64,000 bases of DNA, from positions 27,590,001-27,654,000 of the forward strand of contig OY740802.1 of assembly GCA_963514005.1 (NCBI GenBank), in the 5' to 3' direction. The position numbers were made by a program, and so were the translations under genes. The DNA comes from Raja brachyura. Taxonomy: Eukaryota. Each line of letters begins with the position of its first letter. The first letter of the stretch is position 1. This document shows, piece after piece, positions 35,993-49,687 of this stretch. The notes under the pieces were generated by a model, which was not told the DNA's origin, did no database searches, and saw nothing but the letters and a program-made list of their open reading frames with translations.

Positions 35993-38900
35993 ACCTAAAT
36001 CCTGCGGACGAAGCCTCTGGAGGACAAATAGCACACCGCTTGTTAAGCAATAACAGATGGATCATGGGAACGGAATTTTTCTGTAAGCCAGACAGAGAAT
36101 GCCCAAAGCTTAACCTGGAAATTTTAGCTAATGATCCAGAAATTAAGCAAGACATCACAGTGAATGTTATTGTCGAGGATCCATTAGACCCAACAAACCA
36201 TTTAATTACCCATTTCTCATCAGAATCTGAAGACTGTGGTGGCTTGGTTTCTTAAACTAAGGACAATGTTCTTGCTGTTGGCTCGAAAAAGAAAGGAGAT
36301 TGCTGAAAGTATCTTTGAAAATGATCCTGGCGAACTAGAGGAAAAGGTTGATTAAAAAATGCAAGTCTTTAAAGCATCTTATCGTGGACAATGTTTATGT
36401 CCTGATGATCTTCTCCAGGCAGAAAACGCTGTTATCTCTTTCTGTCAAAGACAAAAATTCAAAGAAGATTTATCAACATTAGAAGCTGATGTAGATGGTG
36501 TTAAAAGAAGCAGTCATTTGTACAAGCTAGATGCCTGAAGAGGCTAAGCATCCTATTATTCTCTCGAAGGATTTTCACATTTCTCCACTACTGTTACGAC
36601 ATATTCATGAACAGCTTGGACATGGAGGAAGAAATTATATGCTGTCGAAACTTCGTAAAAAATACTGGATTATCAAAGCTAACTCTACTGCAAAAAAGGT
36701 CATAAAAGATTGTTTTAGGTGTAGACGACAGCGTGGACGAGTTGGAGAACATAAAATGGCAGACTTACCTCTGGAGAAGAGGATTCTACCTGATAAGTCT
36801 CCATTTACGGATGTAGGAGCAGACTACTTCAGTCCTATAGAGGTCAAGAGAGACAAAGTCTTGTAAAAAGCTACGGTGTAATCTTCACTTGCCTGGCAAG
36901 CAAAGCAGTACATCTTGAAGTTGCATCTACACTTGCACAGACTCCTGCATTCATGCATTACAAAGATTCATCTGTCGATGAGGTCATGTTTAATCTTTAA
37001 GATCAGATAATAGTACAAATTTTAGTATAATGGACACGAGAATACTTGCCTCTAATCCAAGAACGACAAAGATGGTCTATGGTTAGAATAAATTTTATTC
37101 CATTTGATATCGTTTTGGTGGTTGATTCAACAACACCACGAGGTTCCTGGCTGATGGGCAGAATATTGAATGAATGAGTTTATTGGCCAAGTATATTCAC
37201 ATACAAGGAATTTGCCTGGTGCTCCACCCACTAGAGACAACATGACATACAATGACAGTTAGGAATGACACATAAAACATTAAACATTAATAATAAAATA
37301 TTCTCGATTAAACATGTGAAATAAATAAAATACAAGAGCAAAAGGAGGCTACAGACTTTTGGTTATTGAGCACAGGTACTACTCGAGGGAAAAAAAGCTG
37401 TTTTTATGTCTGGCTGTGGCTGGTTTGACAGTCCGGAGTCACCTTCCAGAGGGAAGTGATTCAAAGAGTTTGTGGCCAGGGTGAGAGGGGTCAGAAATGG
37501 TCTTAGCCGCTCACTTCCTGGCCCTTGCAGTGTACAGTTCGTCAATGGAGGGAAGGTTGCAGCCAATAACCTTCTCAACTGATCGGACAATTCGCTGCAG
37601 CCTCCGGATATTAGAGATCATACTAGAGATAATATTGGAGAGCATACCAGACGCTAAAGGTTTGGTGCATACAGTACGACTTCAGACTAAGAACATCTTG
37701 GTAAGACCGATAACCAAGATATGTCTGCTCCTAAAAGCCGAAGAAGAAGATTAAAAAATCGCTAAAGAAGTTTGTATGCTTACATATAGTGCATATTTCT
37801 TTTGTTTTTTGATATATGTTAAGCTTTTATAGCTCCTTTTAGTCTATTGGTAATTGCTTCGTTTATGCATAGAACAATTAGGGGTCGGTATGTAGGAGCC
37901 ATTTATGCTTAAGTTAGTTACTGTTAATATATTATAGCCATGTCTAGATATTTTCTTTTTTGTTATGCTTGTGGGTGGGATTTGATACGTAGAAGGGGGT
38001 GTCTACATCTGAGGAGGCTAGCGTAGCCACAGAGATTGGGAGTCAGTTTAGCCTCGAGGGATGGTTGAGACAACAGTTTTTACCACACTCTCACACGACT
38101 CTATATGACATGACACGGATGAAACAGTTAGTAAGAATGAAAAGTTACAATTTGTATTGGAATAAGAAATACTGAATATGAATCATTTCTTTGTTTGTAC
38201 TACTTCAATAAAAGACCAATTAATCGAGAAACGATTGGAAGATTCATTTTTGTTATCTGCGAGAGCATAAGCTATATCTCTTTTACATCCCCGAGTAGTA
38301 ATGGCAATCAAAAGTTGGACATTGGAAAGTTAAGAAATTGCCATCACACTACGTTTCATGTGAACAAAAAGGTTCTCATTGACCCAGATAAAGTCCACTA
38401 TGTTTAATTCCCACTAACTCACTTATCTCAAACCAATAAACTTGCAGCTAGGGCTCTGTCAAAGTCAGGAATGGTTTGTTTAAACTTTGCCCTTACAGCT
38501 TATTTGTTTCTATCTCTTCTGCTTTGCATGATCCATAATTTGCAAAATTTGCAATTTGCACAATGTTTGTGCCGAACATGATGTCAAGTTAAACTGATCT
38601 TATCAGCCAAAATATGATCGATGTTTCCCTATTCCCTGCATTTCCATGTACCTATCTAAAAGTTAAACGACACTATCGTATCAGCCTCCACCACATCTGG
38701 CAATGAGTTCCAGACCCCACCACTCTCTGTGTTAAAATAACTTAAAATAATCATAGAGTTATACCGCACGGAAACAGGGCTTTGGCCGAACGCGCATGCC
38801 GAATATGCCCTGTCTATCTATGCTAGTCCTACCTGCCCACATTTGGCACAGATCCTTCTAAATCTATAGAGAAAGATTTCTATGATCTAGAGTTTTTAAA

Positions 38901-39569
38901 GAAATGAAACAAATTGGCTATAGTTTGAAGGGTGTGTAAAAGTGGACGTGTCATATGATTATTAGCTCTCATCTGACAGATCAAGCAAAACACAAAGTGC
39001 TGGAGTAACTCAGCAGGTCAGGCTGTATTGCTGGCAGTACCTCTTGCCTGATGAGAGTGAAAGAAAAGGGAGTGACTAGGGTGTGACTCGTTCTTGATTA
39101 TGCTGGTGATCTTGCCAAGGCAACCAGTCTGCTTCCTATTGAAGATAGACACAAAATACTGGAGTAACTTAGCAGGTCAGGCAGCATCTCTGGAGAGAAG
39201 GAATGGGTGATGTTTCGGCTTGCGACCCTTCTTCACACTAACCTGAAACATCACCCATTCTTTCTCTCCAGCTGAGTTACTCCAGTTTTTTGTGTCTATC
39301 TTCGGTGTAAACCAGCATCTGCAGTTCCTTCCTACACATTTGGCCTTTTCCCAGTCATTCAGTACATTTCACACCTATTCATCTACATTAATCTGTTGCC
39401 GTCTCATGTTGTCCTTGTTGCATCAGCGTTTCTCAGTTCAGAGTTTCAATACGTCTCTCAACTTGTATCATCTAGATTTCTGCCAACTCAGCACATTGTC
39501 TTATCTGACCGCAACCTGGTCCATTTACGATCGTTTGGTCAGATATCCCAGACTGTCGTTTATAAGTCT

Positions 39570-39920
39570 TAGGAGCAGAATTACGCCATCAGTTCATCGA
39601 GTCTACTCCGCCATTCAATCATGGCTGGTCTATCTTTCCCTCTTAACCCTATTCTCCTATCTTCTCCTCATAACCTTTGACACCCTTACTAATAAAGTCC
39701 TTTCAATCTCCACTTTAAAAATACCGAATGACGGCCTCCATAGCCGTATGTTGCAATGAATTCTACAGATGCACATCCTGAACTAAATAAATTCCTCCTC
39801 ATGTCCATTCCAAAGGTACATACCTTTCTTTTGAGGCTGTGTCCTCCAGTCCTAGATTCTCCCACTAGTGGAAACATCCTCTGCACACCCACCCTATTCA
39901 GGTCTTTCACTATTCGGTAA
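39570..39920 (-). mobile_element. CR1 3' fragment
   Basis: MFPLVGESRTGGHSLK. Confidence 0.85.
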
Positions 39921-40254
39921 GTAGCATGGTCACGTTATATGGATGTCTGTCCCAGTACTGCACAAATAGGCAGAGTAAGACACAGAATGCTGGAATAACT
40001 CATTGGGTCAAGCAACATATCAGGTAGACGTAGATAGGTGATATTTCGGGTTGGGGGTCATTCTTCAAACAGCTGGAGGGCATATGTGAGCTTTACGTTA
40101 ATACTTCTTTGTTTTCAAAGTCTTCCAGCTTTCTTTACCGCTCACCCCTGCAATCAGTCTGAAGAATCCCAGATCCAAAATATCACATATCCATGTTCTC
40201 CAGAGGTGCTGTCTGACCCACTGAGTTACTCCAGCATTTGCTGTCTTTCCTTTA

Positions 40255-40405
40255 CGTTAATACTCCTCACTTGTTCCTATACCTTCTCCTTCACCTCCAA
40301 CCAGGGACCCCAGTAGCCCTACCAGGTGAGACAGAGGTTCACATGCACCTCCTCTCACCTCACCTAATGCGTTTGGTGCTTCCGATGTGGCTTCCTTTGC
40401 ATTGG
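40255..40405 (+). mobile_element. Penelope-like GIY-YIG N-terminal fragment
   Basis: QGPQ..QVRQRFTCTSS...CFRCGFLCIG pattern. Confidence 0.6.
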
Positions 40406-41234
40406 CGTGGCTTAGCTGAGGTAGGATGAGTGCTGTGCAGGTCGGGTCACACACCTGATGATTGCAAGAAAGCAGCTGTGCCTTACCTGGTGTGGAGGCT
40501 TCTGTACCTCCTGCCCAACGGTAGCAGCAAGATGAGGGCATGGCAAAGATAGTGGGATGCTTGGTGATAGATGCCACATTTGTGAGATACTTTTGATGCC
40601 ATTACATCAGGATAACATCACTTCCAGGAGACAGATAGGGTTTTAATGACATATAAACAAGAAATGGTGGAAATACTCTGCAGGTCGGACAGTATATGTG
40701 GAGAAATATGTATTTCAGGTCCATGATATAACACCAAGTCAAAAGTGTTTGTCATATATAACAAAACAGGAAATTTCCCACAATTTCTGCCTTGACACTT
40801 GGATGGGTACATGGTCTGACCTGCCCACACTTGGCCCATAACCCTCTAAACTGGTTCTATCCATACACTTATCCAAATGTCTCTTGAACATTATGATAGG
40901 TCCCGTCTCAACTACCTCCTCCAGCAGTTTGTTCCATATACCCACCACCCTTTGTGTAAAAAAGTTACACCTCAGGTTCCGATTAAATCATTCTTCGCAT
41001 CACAAACCTGTGTCTGGTTTTCAATTCCCCTACTCTAGGCAAAAGACTCTGTGCATTTCCGCCATCTATTTCTCCCATGACCTTGTACACTTATATACAA
41101 CCCCTATCTTTGCATTCCAAGCTCCATAGATAAAGGATATAGCATTTAGCACAAGATATAAAGTCTCATTGAAGTCCAATTAAAGATAGTTCGAAGGTCT
41201 ACAGGTACTGCAGACACAGTACAGATAGCGAGAA

Positions 41235-41745
41235 ATGCAGTCTTCAGACTGAGAATCAGGGGAGAGGGAGACAGAGATAAGGAAGGGAGAGGGAGACAGA
41301 GATAAGGAAGGGTAAGGTGTAAAAAAGAGGCATTAAAAGAGATGGCGGACAAGGAAAATGTAGAATAGATCATTGTTAGCTGGGAGAAGTTGAGAACGAT
41401 GCAAACAGAGATAACATTTAATCAGGAACAGTCAGAGAACTAGGATGGTGGAGGGATGGAGAGGGAGGGAAAGCAAGGGTTACTTGACATTAGAGAAGTC
41501 AATTCTGCTGAGGTGTAAGCTGCCCAAGCGAAATATGAGGTGCTGTTCCTCTAATTTGCGATGGGCCTCACTCTGACGATGGAGGAGGCCCAGGACAGAA
41601 AAATGGAATTGGGACTAAAAGTGTCACTGGGTCTATCTGGGTGGGGGCAACTGTCTGAAGAAGGGTCTCGACCGGAAACGTCGCCTATCTCCTTCGCTCC
41701 ATAGATGCTGCTGCACCCGCTGAGTTTCTCCAGCTTTTTGTGCAA
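41235..41745. mobile_element. Penelope-like 3' fragment (minus) next to an inverted terminal unit (plus, hammerhead-like core at 41655), just upstream of the GSS promoter
   Basis: EEQHLIFRLGSL on the minus strand; ctgaagaagggtctcgaccggaaacgtc on the plus strand. Confidence 0.8.
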
Positions 41746-41769
41746 CCCCCTGACTTCCCTCAGCCCTGC

Positions 41770-42067
41770 TCACGACGGACGGGCCGGCGGACGGGCGGGT
41801 CACGTGTCCTCACCGCCAAGCCCCGCCCCTTCCTTCTGACTTTGCAGCGCGGTCGCCATGGCAACCCGTAGCTTCAACCCGCCGCCCCCCTCCCCGCCAG
41901 CCAGGCGCGCCCAGTGGCTGGAGCGGCTGTCAATCACCAGCAGGCGGAGAGAAGGCGGGCTCTTTGCGCCGCCGCAGGGTCTGGAGGGCAAAGTGGCGCT
42001 GAACGCGGGCGGCGGGAGCGAGGCCGGCACGGCCACCGGCAGCAGCAGCGGCGGCGGCGGCAGCAGG
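41770..42067 (+). promoter_or_regulatory. GSS CpG-island promoter/5' UTR: E-box GTCACGTG (41799), GC box (41821), RFX X-box GTCGCCATGGCAAC (41852-41865), CTGTCAATCA (41927)
   Basis: Very GC/CpG-rich; motifs read directly; followed by a consensus donor GAG|GTAAGT at 42166/42167. Confidence 0.7.
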
Positions 42068-42166
42068 ATGCACAGCCGCGTGCACAGCCTGATACACAGC
42101 CAGGTACACAGCCGGGTACAGAGCCGGTTGCCCAGCCTCAGCGTGCCCAAGCGCACCGAGAGTGAG
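42068..42166 (+). CDS. GSS: GSS exon 1, putative coding part (MHSRVHSLIHSQVHSRVQSRLPSLSVPKRTESE); the frame is also open from ATG 41858
   Basis: Strong phase-0 donor in frame with exon 2, which has no ATG at its N-terminal end. Which start codon is used is inferred. Confidence 0.6.
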
Positions 42167-43734
42167 GTAAGTGTCTGCCACTGCACCCATCCTTACTTAC
42201 TTACTTACACCCCTAATAGTTAAAAGTGCCCACAAAGGCGAGATTTGCTAGAGAAGGTCAGATGTCGAGGTGGAAGAGTGAGGGGGAAAGTAACTGTCAG
42301 TGTTTAGGCCCTGCTTCAGAGACAGGGAATCTCTCTGGCGAAGGTACACAGGGCCCACAGGCCAGTTCCTGCCCAGTGCAAGGTTCAACCTGGTACCTCC
42401 AGCCGAGATTGTCACAATGCCAACCTCTCAATGCATGCGATTGCTGTTAAAACAACTGTCAGTATTAATCGCAGTAACTCAGTCCATTACTTCCCCCCCC
42501 CCCCCCCCCGATGATTTATGTTTTTAATTCCGTATTACTATACTTGTTTGGAATTTCCTGTTTAAATAAGCAACGCAGAAGCAATTCAGAGGAAATGGTC
42601 CAAAGTTAATTTTTCTTCAAGCCAGCGAGTTATTTAAATATATAGGACGGAACTGCAGATACTGATTCACACCGAAGTTCTGGAGTAATTTAGCGGGTCA
42701 GGCAGCATCTGTGGAGGAAAAGGTGACGTTTCGAGTCGAGACCCTTCTTCAGACTGAGTGTCAGGGGAAAGGGAAAAGGACAAAGGGACAAGGACAAAGG
42801 ACATTTATTATCACATACACCAATTGGTGTAGGGAAATTTGACTTGTCATTGCAGCACACAAATAAAGATAAGACACAACGTCAAGAGTTTCACAGTAAG
42901 CATAAAAACATCCCCCCACAATGGTTTCCACTTTGGGGGAAGGCATCAAAAGTCCAGTCCCTGTCCTCTGTTCACCCATAAAGGTTCAACCTATTCCTAT
43001 TCTACCAGAGATGCTGCCTGACCTGCCGAGTTACTCCAGTATTTTGTGTCTATCATAGATATTTAAATACATGTTTAAGAAGCCAGAGAGATTATAATTC
43101 CACTCCAGCCTTAATGTGTAATAGGGGGGTTGCACATAAGGTCAAAGGGCGTGATGCACGGAGTATCTCAATCCTTCTGGAGTACATGGCAGCTTCCGGC
43201 ATACGCTAGTAACTCACGAAACACGTACGATCTTACCTGTTAAAAACCTCCAAAATGGTCAATTTTTGCACTGTAAAAATTTGTGGAAATGGGGGTAACC
43301 GTGAGAGAAATCCACCAAAATCACTGCTGCTCACTGACTTGCGAAAGAGCAGTGTGCCAGCGGTTTGAGGGCAAATCTCGGCCCACAACAGCCCGGGGCT
43401 GGAGGGTGACTGAGCGCTCAAGTCACCTGAGCACCAAGATGTAAGCGGCCGAAGGAGCGGATTCCTCGGGACAGCCCCCACTCTCTTCCCGGGGTTAGCG
43501 CTGTCCGGCCACGGCCGCCCTCCACTCCGTCTCCCCCTGTGTGGCCGCACTGTGACGGGCTGTGGGTCGGAGGCGCGCACACACACGGTGCTGGGTGGAA
43601 TGGGGCCTCGGCTCCAGGCAGCGGACACACGGAGCCATAAACCTGGCAACGTCAGCTGCAGCAGAGTTGGGGCCAGTCTGGTCCCTCTGCCCAACCAGAG
43701 TCGCTGACCGTACTGCACCGACACCGGACACCGA

Positions 43735-44130
43735 CCCCCACACCGGGGCGATTCACCTACCCAACCCCCGGACCCCGACCCACACATGACACACGGGGTG
43801 ATTATCCTCCTCCCAGACCCCCACCACCACAAGGGGTGATTCAGACCCCCGACCTCTGGACCCCCACCACCACAGGGGGTGATTCACCCCCCCCCCCCCA
43901 GGACCCCCACCACTACACGGGGTGATTCGACCCCCAGATCCCGACCCACACACGAGGTGATTCACGATATCCCCACGACCTCCACCACCACATGGGGTGA
44001 TTCACGACCCTCTCCGGACCCCCACCACCACACGGGGTGATTCAGCCCCCGGACCCCGGCCCACGCATGGGGTGATTGTTTCCCTGACACCCACAACCGG
44101 GTGATTCGCCTCCCCCGACCCCCACATGGG
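43735..44130. repeat. GC-rich minisatellite, ~35-38-bp unit (cacacggggtgattca...ggacccccaccac), about 10 copies
   Basis: ggggtgatt recurs at regular spacing. Confidence 0.85.
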
Positions 44131-47100
44131 CGACAGATGGCCCGGGATCCACGTGTGTGGAACCAGTCAGCGTGGAGTGCGGATGCTGTCTGTAAAGAGT
44201 TTGCACATTCTCCTTGTGAACGCGAGGGTTTTCTCTGGGTGCTCCGGTTTCCTTCCATATTCCAAAGGCGTGCAGATTTGTAGGTTAATTGACTTCAGTA
44301 AAATTGCCATTATGGCATGTGTATGGGATGATTGTTGATCTGTACAGACTTGATAGGCCGAAGGGCCTGTTTCCACACTGTATCTTTAAACTAAACTAAG
44401 ATAGGGTAGACAGTCGGAACCATTTTCCCAGGTTGGAGAAATCAAATACCAGAGGGCATAGGTTTAAGGTAAAAGTGGCAATGTTTGAAGGAGATGTGGG
44501 GGTTTTTTACACAGAGGGTGGTGACTACCTGGAACACACTGCCAGGAGGCAGATGCGGTAGTGGCATTTAAGACACTTTTGGATAGGCAGATGCAGGGGA
44601 TGGAGGGCTATGGATTATGCAGAGGTACATGCCCTCTATAATGTTTATTTGCTCTGTACTCCACAATTTGAGGTTCGTAATAGAAAAAAATGACGTGGTT
44701 AAAGTAGACATTGTCAGATTTTAATAAAGGTAATTTTTATACTTTTTGGTTTCACCATGTAGAAATTACAGCAGTGCTTATACATAGCCCCCCCAAACCA
44801 AATTAGGCTGCTGGCGATATGGATGCCAAGGACCATCTCCCCAGCAGCTCTGTTGAGAAGGACACAGGTTGTGCTTTCTTATGTCAGCAACAAACTTTTT
44901 TGTCTTGCTGACTCTGGATGCATTACTCTGGGAATCCCCTTGCAAGACTACAGCTGCATTCTTCCCACCACCCTGATAGAAGTATATAAAATGATTAGAA
45001 GCTTGGTAGGGTAGACAGTCTGATCCTTTTATTTTCCCCAGGGTGGAAATGTCAAAGAATAGCATTGAGGTGTGAGAGGCAATGTTTAAAGGAGATGTGC
45101 TGAGCAATTTTTGTTCCATAGTCGGTGTCTGGAACATGTTTCCAGTGGTAGAGGTGGAGGCAGATACAGAGGTGGTGTTTAAGAGACTTTTGGATAGCGA
45201 TATGGATCATGTGACAGTAGAGGCATTATGTTCAGCATGGACGTTGGGGGCCAAAGGGCCTTTCCTGTGTTGTGTTATTCCTGTATGTTCTCAAAGTTGT
45301 ATCAAAGCTTTTGTACTTTTATGCACCATATCACTTGTTGTCAAGGTCCTCTTTGTTTCATACTTTCTGACATAAGGGATCCTATTCATTCTGTACTTTT
45401 GCATATGTGGGCAAGCCCTAGCATGTGAGGTCTGATGCAATCGAATGGAATTTCAGAACACACATACTTATGTTCTGCAAGACGTCCGAAAGTTGAAGGA
45501 CTGGAGAGGAAAGGGACAGCTCGCTGATGAACCATATGAAGGGGGGAGACCGCTGGGCTGCCGAGAACAAAGAGGAACCTGGGGGGGGGGGGTGGGGGGG
45601 GGGGGTGGGGGGGGGTGGGGGGGGGGTGGGGGGGGTGACTGTGACAATAAAGCATGTGACAATAAGGCACATGTGACAATAGAGCATCATTGAATTTGCC
45701 TATACTGTTGTCACCCATCAGGGCAATGTAGACTAATGCATATCAGCAATATCATAGATAGAGATGTGGATACTAGGAACTGCAGATGCTGCTTTACAAC
45801 AAAAGACACAACGTGCTGGAGTAATAGCGGATCAGACAGCATCTCTGAAGATGGAAGTGCTAGCAATCCTAGTTTATTGAAGGGCCATTCAGGAACATCA
45901 TACCAGAGGGGAAGTTTGAATTGACCCTTTTAGTGTCATTTTAACTAATTCTTTGGCAAGATCTTAATTTTCTTTCACTTATTTGCAAATGTCTGTCTTT
46001 CTCTGACCCATTCCAGAACATCCGGAGAAAATCCACTTGGTCACACAGAGAAAGTACAAACTCTGTACAGACAGCGCCCGTGATCAGTAATAAACCTGGG
46101 TCTCTGGCGCTGTAAGGCAGCAACGCTACTGCTGCACTATTGTGTCGCCCTAGAAAAGGTTGTAGGGGTTGGCCTGGCGATGATATTGGTGTCTTCCACT
46201 GCTGCTCTTTGTTGATGTAGGTTGTGTCTGATCTGTGCACTCGTTTGATCTCTGGGGGTTCTCTCGGTAATGTCTGGTTCATGAGAAAACCTCTCTTGGG
46301 GTTAACCACAACATGCAGGCTAGAGAAATAGCAGCCTTTTGTACCCTTGGGATGTGTTCCCACTAACCATCTTTCGGGTTGTTACCTGCTGCTTATTGCG
46401 AGCATTTTCTGCCTTTAGTCTCAAAGGTGTGGCATCTGCAGCTCTCCACTCGCTTTCTGCAAAGTCATGGTGAGTTTCTGGCTCGGCTATGCTGCACTGT
46501 GAAGCTCACACTGAGTGCATATGTTCAGACTCCTCTTTTGTGTGATTGCTCTGAAGGACTTTAGAGATACAGCATGGAAACGTGTCCTTCGGCCCACCAG
46601 GTCTGCGCCAACCAGCGATCACCCTGCACACTATCCCTATCCTACACACTAGGGACAATTTAACCATTTTTATCAAAGCCAATTAGCTTGCAAATCTACA
46701 CATCTTTGGAATGTGGGAGGAAACCAGCACAGCCGGAGAAAACCCACGCTGCCACAAGGAGAATGTGCAAACTCGGTTCTGGCAGCAGTCACAGTCAGGA
46801 TTGAACTTGGGTCTCTGGTGCTGCGTGGCAGCAACTCTACTATTTTGCCCCTAATTGTCATCTAAAGAGGGCTGTATAGGAAGGAACTGTAGATGCTGGT
46901 TTACACTGAAGATAGGCACAACATGCTGGAGTAACTCAGCGGGACAGGCAGCATCACGGGATAGAAGGAATGGGTGATGCTTTGGGTCGAGACCCTTCTT
47001 CAGACTAGAAGAGGGGTTTTGACCCGAAACGTCACGCATTCCTTCTATCCAGTGATGTTGCCTATCCCGCTGAGTTACTCCAGCATTTTGTGTCTATCAA

Positions 47101-47324
47101 AAGAGAGCTGTAGTTCTTTAGTTTCAGAAGATGTTAATGAAGATGCAATCTAGTTTCAATAGATCTTGAGTCAGGTCGAGTTTACTACCATATGCATGAG
47201 CATGGTGAGGTACAGGTGCAATGACGATCTTGCGTCCAGCAGCATCACCGATGCAGAATCGAGCTAACCCAGCAAAAACATTACAGTAAACCCTTGTTGT
47301 AATGGATTTTCACTGCCGACACCA

Positions 47325-47820
47325 CGTTGAAGAGGGTCCAGATGGAATTTACGAGAATGATCCCAGGAATGGTTGGGTTAACATATGAGGAGCGTTTGAC
47401 AATTCTGGGCCTGTAGTTGCTGGCCTTTAGAAGGATAAGGGGGGACTTAATCGAAACTTACCGAATAGTGAAAGGCCTGGATAGAGTGGATGTGGATAGT
47501 ATGTTTCGACTAATGGGAGAGTCTAGGACCAAAGGCCATAGCCTCAAATTAAAAGGACATAACTTTTTGAAAGGAGATGAAGAGGAATTTCTTTAGTCAG
47601 AGGATGGTGAATCTGTGGAATTCACAGATTGGCTGCAGAGGCCATCAATGGATATTTTTAAGGCGGAGATTGACAGATTGTTGATTAATAAGGATGTCAG
47701 GGGTTATAGGGAGAAGGCAGGAGAATAAATTTGGGAGAGAAAGATAGATCTGCCACGATTGAATGGCTGAGTAGACTTGATGGTCCGAATGGCCAAATTC
47801 AGCTCCTTTAACTTGTGAAC
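47325..47820 (+). mobile_element. CR1 3' fragment
   Basis: FTRMIPG..YEERL..LGL..; ggagagtctaggacc motif. Confidence 0.85.
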
Positions 47821-48552
47821 ATATGAAGGTAAAAATATCTCCAAAAGGGCCTTGGTAATCACATCCCTTGCTTCCCTTAGCATCCTAGAATAGACCCAGT
47901 CAGGCCAAAGGGACATGTCAATTCTAGTGCATGCTAATATCTCTGACATTCCTTCTTTCCCTAACGTGCTCCAGAATATTCTGAGTTCCCCTCCATTTAC
48001 TCACCTGCCTCTAACACTCTTGCTCTCTGGTGAACACTGATGGGAAGTTTTAACTTGGGGTTTTGCTCATATCACTTGGCTCCATGCAAAGATTATTATT
48101 TTGGTTATTAATTCCTTCGCTACCCTCTTCTAATATACTTATAAAAGGGTCATAAAGTGAAAGAATAACTCAGTGGGTCAGGCAACATCTCTGGAAAAAA
48201 TGGATAGGTGACATTTTTGGTCGGGGCCCTTCTTCAGAAGAAACAACCCACAGGGAAGAGTTGGTCGCAGATGGCAACAAGCATTGAGTGACGTAATCCA
48301 AAAAGTTCCATGTTCACCAGAGATGCTGCCTGACCTGCTGGGTTACTCCAGTACTTTCTGTCTCTTTTTGGAAACCAGCATATGTAGTTCCTTGTGTCTC
48401 TACTTATAAAAGATGATGGGATTCTCCTGAATCCTACTTGCCAGTGTAATTTCGTGGCCACTTTTAGCTCTGCTTATTTCTTAAAATCTCTCAATTTCTG
48501 CTTTAAATTGCAGAGGACTCATTCAATGTTTAAATTTCAAATGTGCATCATG

Positions 48553-49687
48553 CGGAGCTGCCAAGTAGTACGGATTTTCCGTATTTTCTACATAAATGCG
48601 ATAAGAATATGGTTTTGAGTTGTCAAATATGGATTTTTTGGAAGTCCCAACTTCTTGTTTCATTGCCATGCCACTCGCCAATGGAGGGGTGGTGGCCCAG
48701 TGGGGTTGACTTAGGGTGTTGCTGCTTGGAAAATGCAGGGATATGGGGGGTCATGCTATACCTCTGTGGGTGCCACCTGGCCCGCTGAGTTCCTCCAGAA
48801 ATCTGTGTTTTTTGCTTTGCTCTGGAGTTGTAGGTGGACACGGGGGGCTGGAGTGGCTCAGCGGGACGGGCGACGGCTCTGGGTGTGGGTGGCGTTTCGG
48901 GTGGAGACCCTTCTTCAGACAATCACAAGTACTCTCACCGACGAGAGTTCAGTTCAGTCTGAAAAAGGGTCTCGACCCAAAACGTCACCCATTCCTTCTC
49001 TCCAGAGATGCTGCCTCACCCGCTGAGTTACGCCAGCTTTTTGTCTATCTTCAATTTCAGAGTTAAATAAAAAAACAGAGTGCTGGAGGAACTCAGCGGG
49101 CTAGGCAGCACCTGTGGGGGAATGGATTAGGAATTGTTTTGGGCCAGGGTTCTTCTTCAATAGGAAGGAACCGCAGATCAGGCATGATATTCTTCCGATT
49201 TAAATCCCATTTGTTTTCCTATTTGTCCATTTTTAGTGCCTGATTATTTGGCAGCCAATCAACTGCCGTCTCTAAGGGGGTTGCATCCAATCACCGACCA
49301 GCTTCCCTTGACATTCCCGTCCAATCAGTCTCCTCCATCCAATCAGCCGCTGTCTCCAAGGGCATTGTATTTAATCACATAATGCGCTTGTCACTCGGCG
49401 GCCAATCAGATGCAATCTCCGAGGGGCGTTGCGACCAATCACCGACTAGCTTCCCTTACTGAAGCAGACGATGGCAGCAGCCAACACAGAGAGAGAGCGA
49501 GAGAAGCAAGAAAGCAGCTATGACATATAACACAGAATAAACTGTTTTACAAATACACAACAAACAAGTTATGCAATTTTATAAATTCAGCAACGTGGCC
49601 CCGCGTAAAAGTACTGATTTCCTCAGCAAAATACTGATTTTCAGGTACTAGAATACTGAAATGCTGTGGCAAAACATGGCAGCTCTG
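48553..49687. mobile_element. hAT-like non-autonomous element with 6-bp TSD ATCATG, containing a CCAAT cluster and Penelope-end insertions
   Basis: cggagctgccaagt ... acatggcagctctg; atcatg at 48547-48552 and 49688-49693. Confidence 0.7.

Larger units (their letters stand above)
31127..38346 (+). mobile_element. Degenerate BEL/Pao LTR retrotransposon (gag-PR-RT-RNase H-integrase); 3' LTR 37891-38346, only the last ~20 bp of the 5' LTR remain
   Basis: Frameshifted fragments: FGAVSSPSCANFAL..FYVDD (RT); LHHFSDSSESGYG..KARVAPLKQMTIPRLEL (RNase H); H..GHGG..KYWI..C..C..MADLP (integrase); VRPITKICLL (C-terminus). Purine-rich tract then a TG...CA LTR with AATAAA. aaagttaagaaattgcca is shared at 31127 and near 38326. 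Confidence 0.92.

Noticed and set aside
41858-42067. ATG 41858 as the GSS start (103-aa extension)
   Set aside because: It has good Kozak context and is in frame, but it lies inside an RFX X-box among other promoter motifs and is probably upstream of the TSS. GC-rich DNA often stays open by chance. Not excluded.
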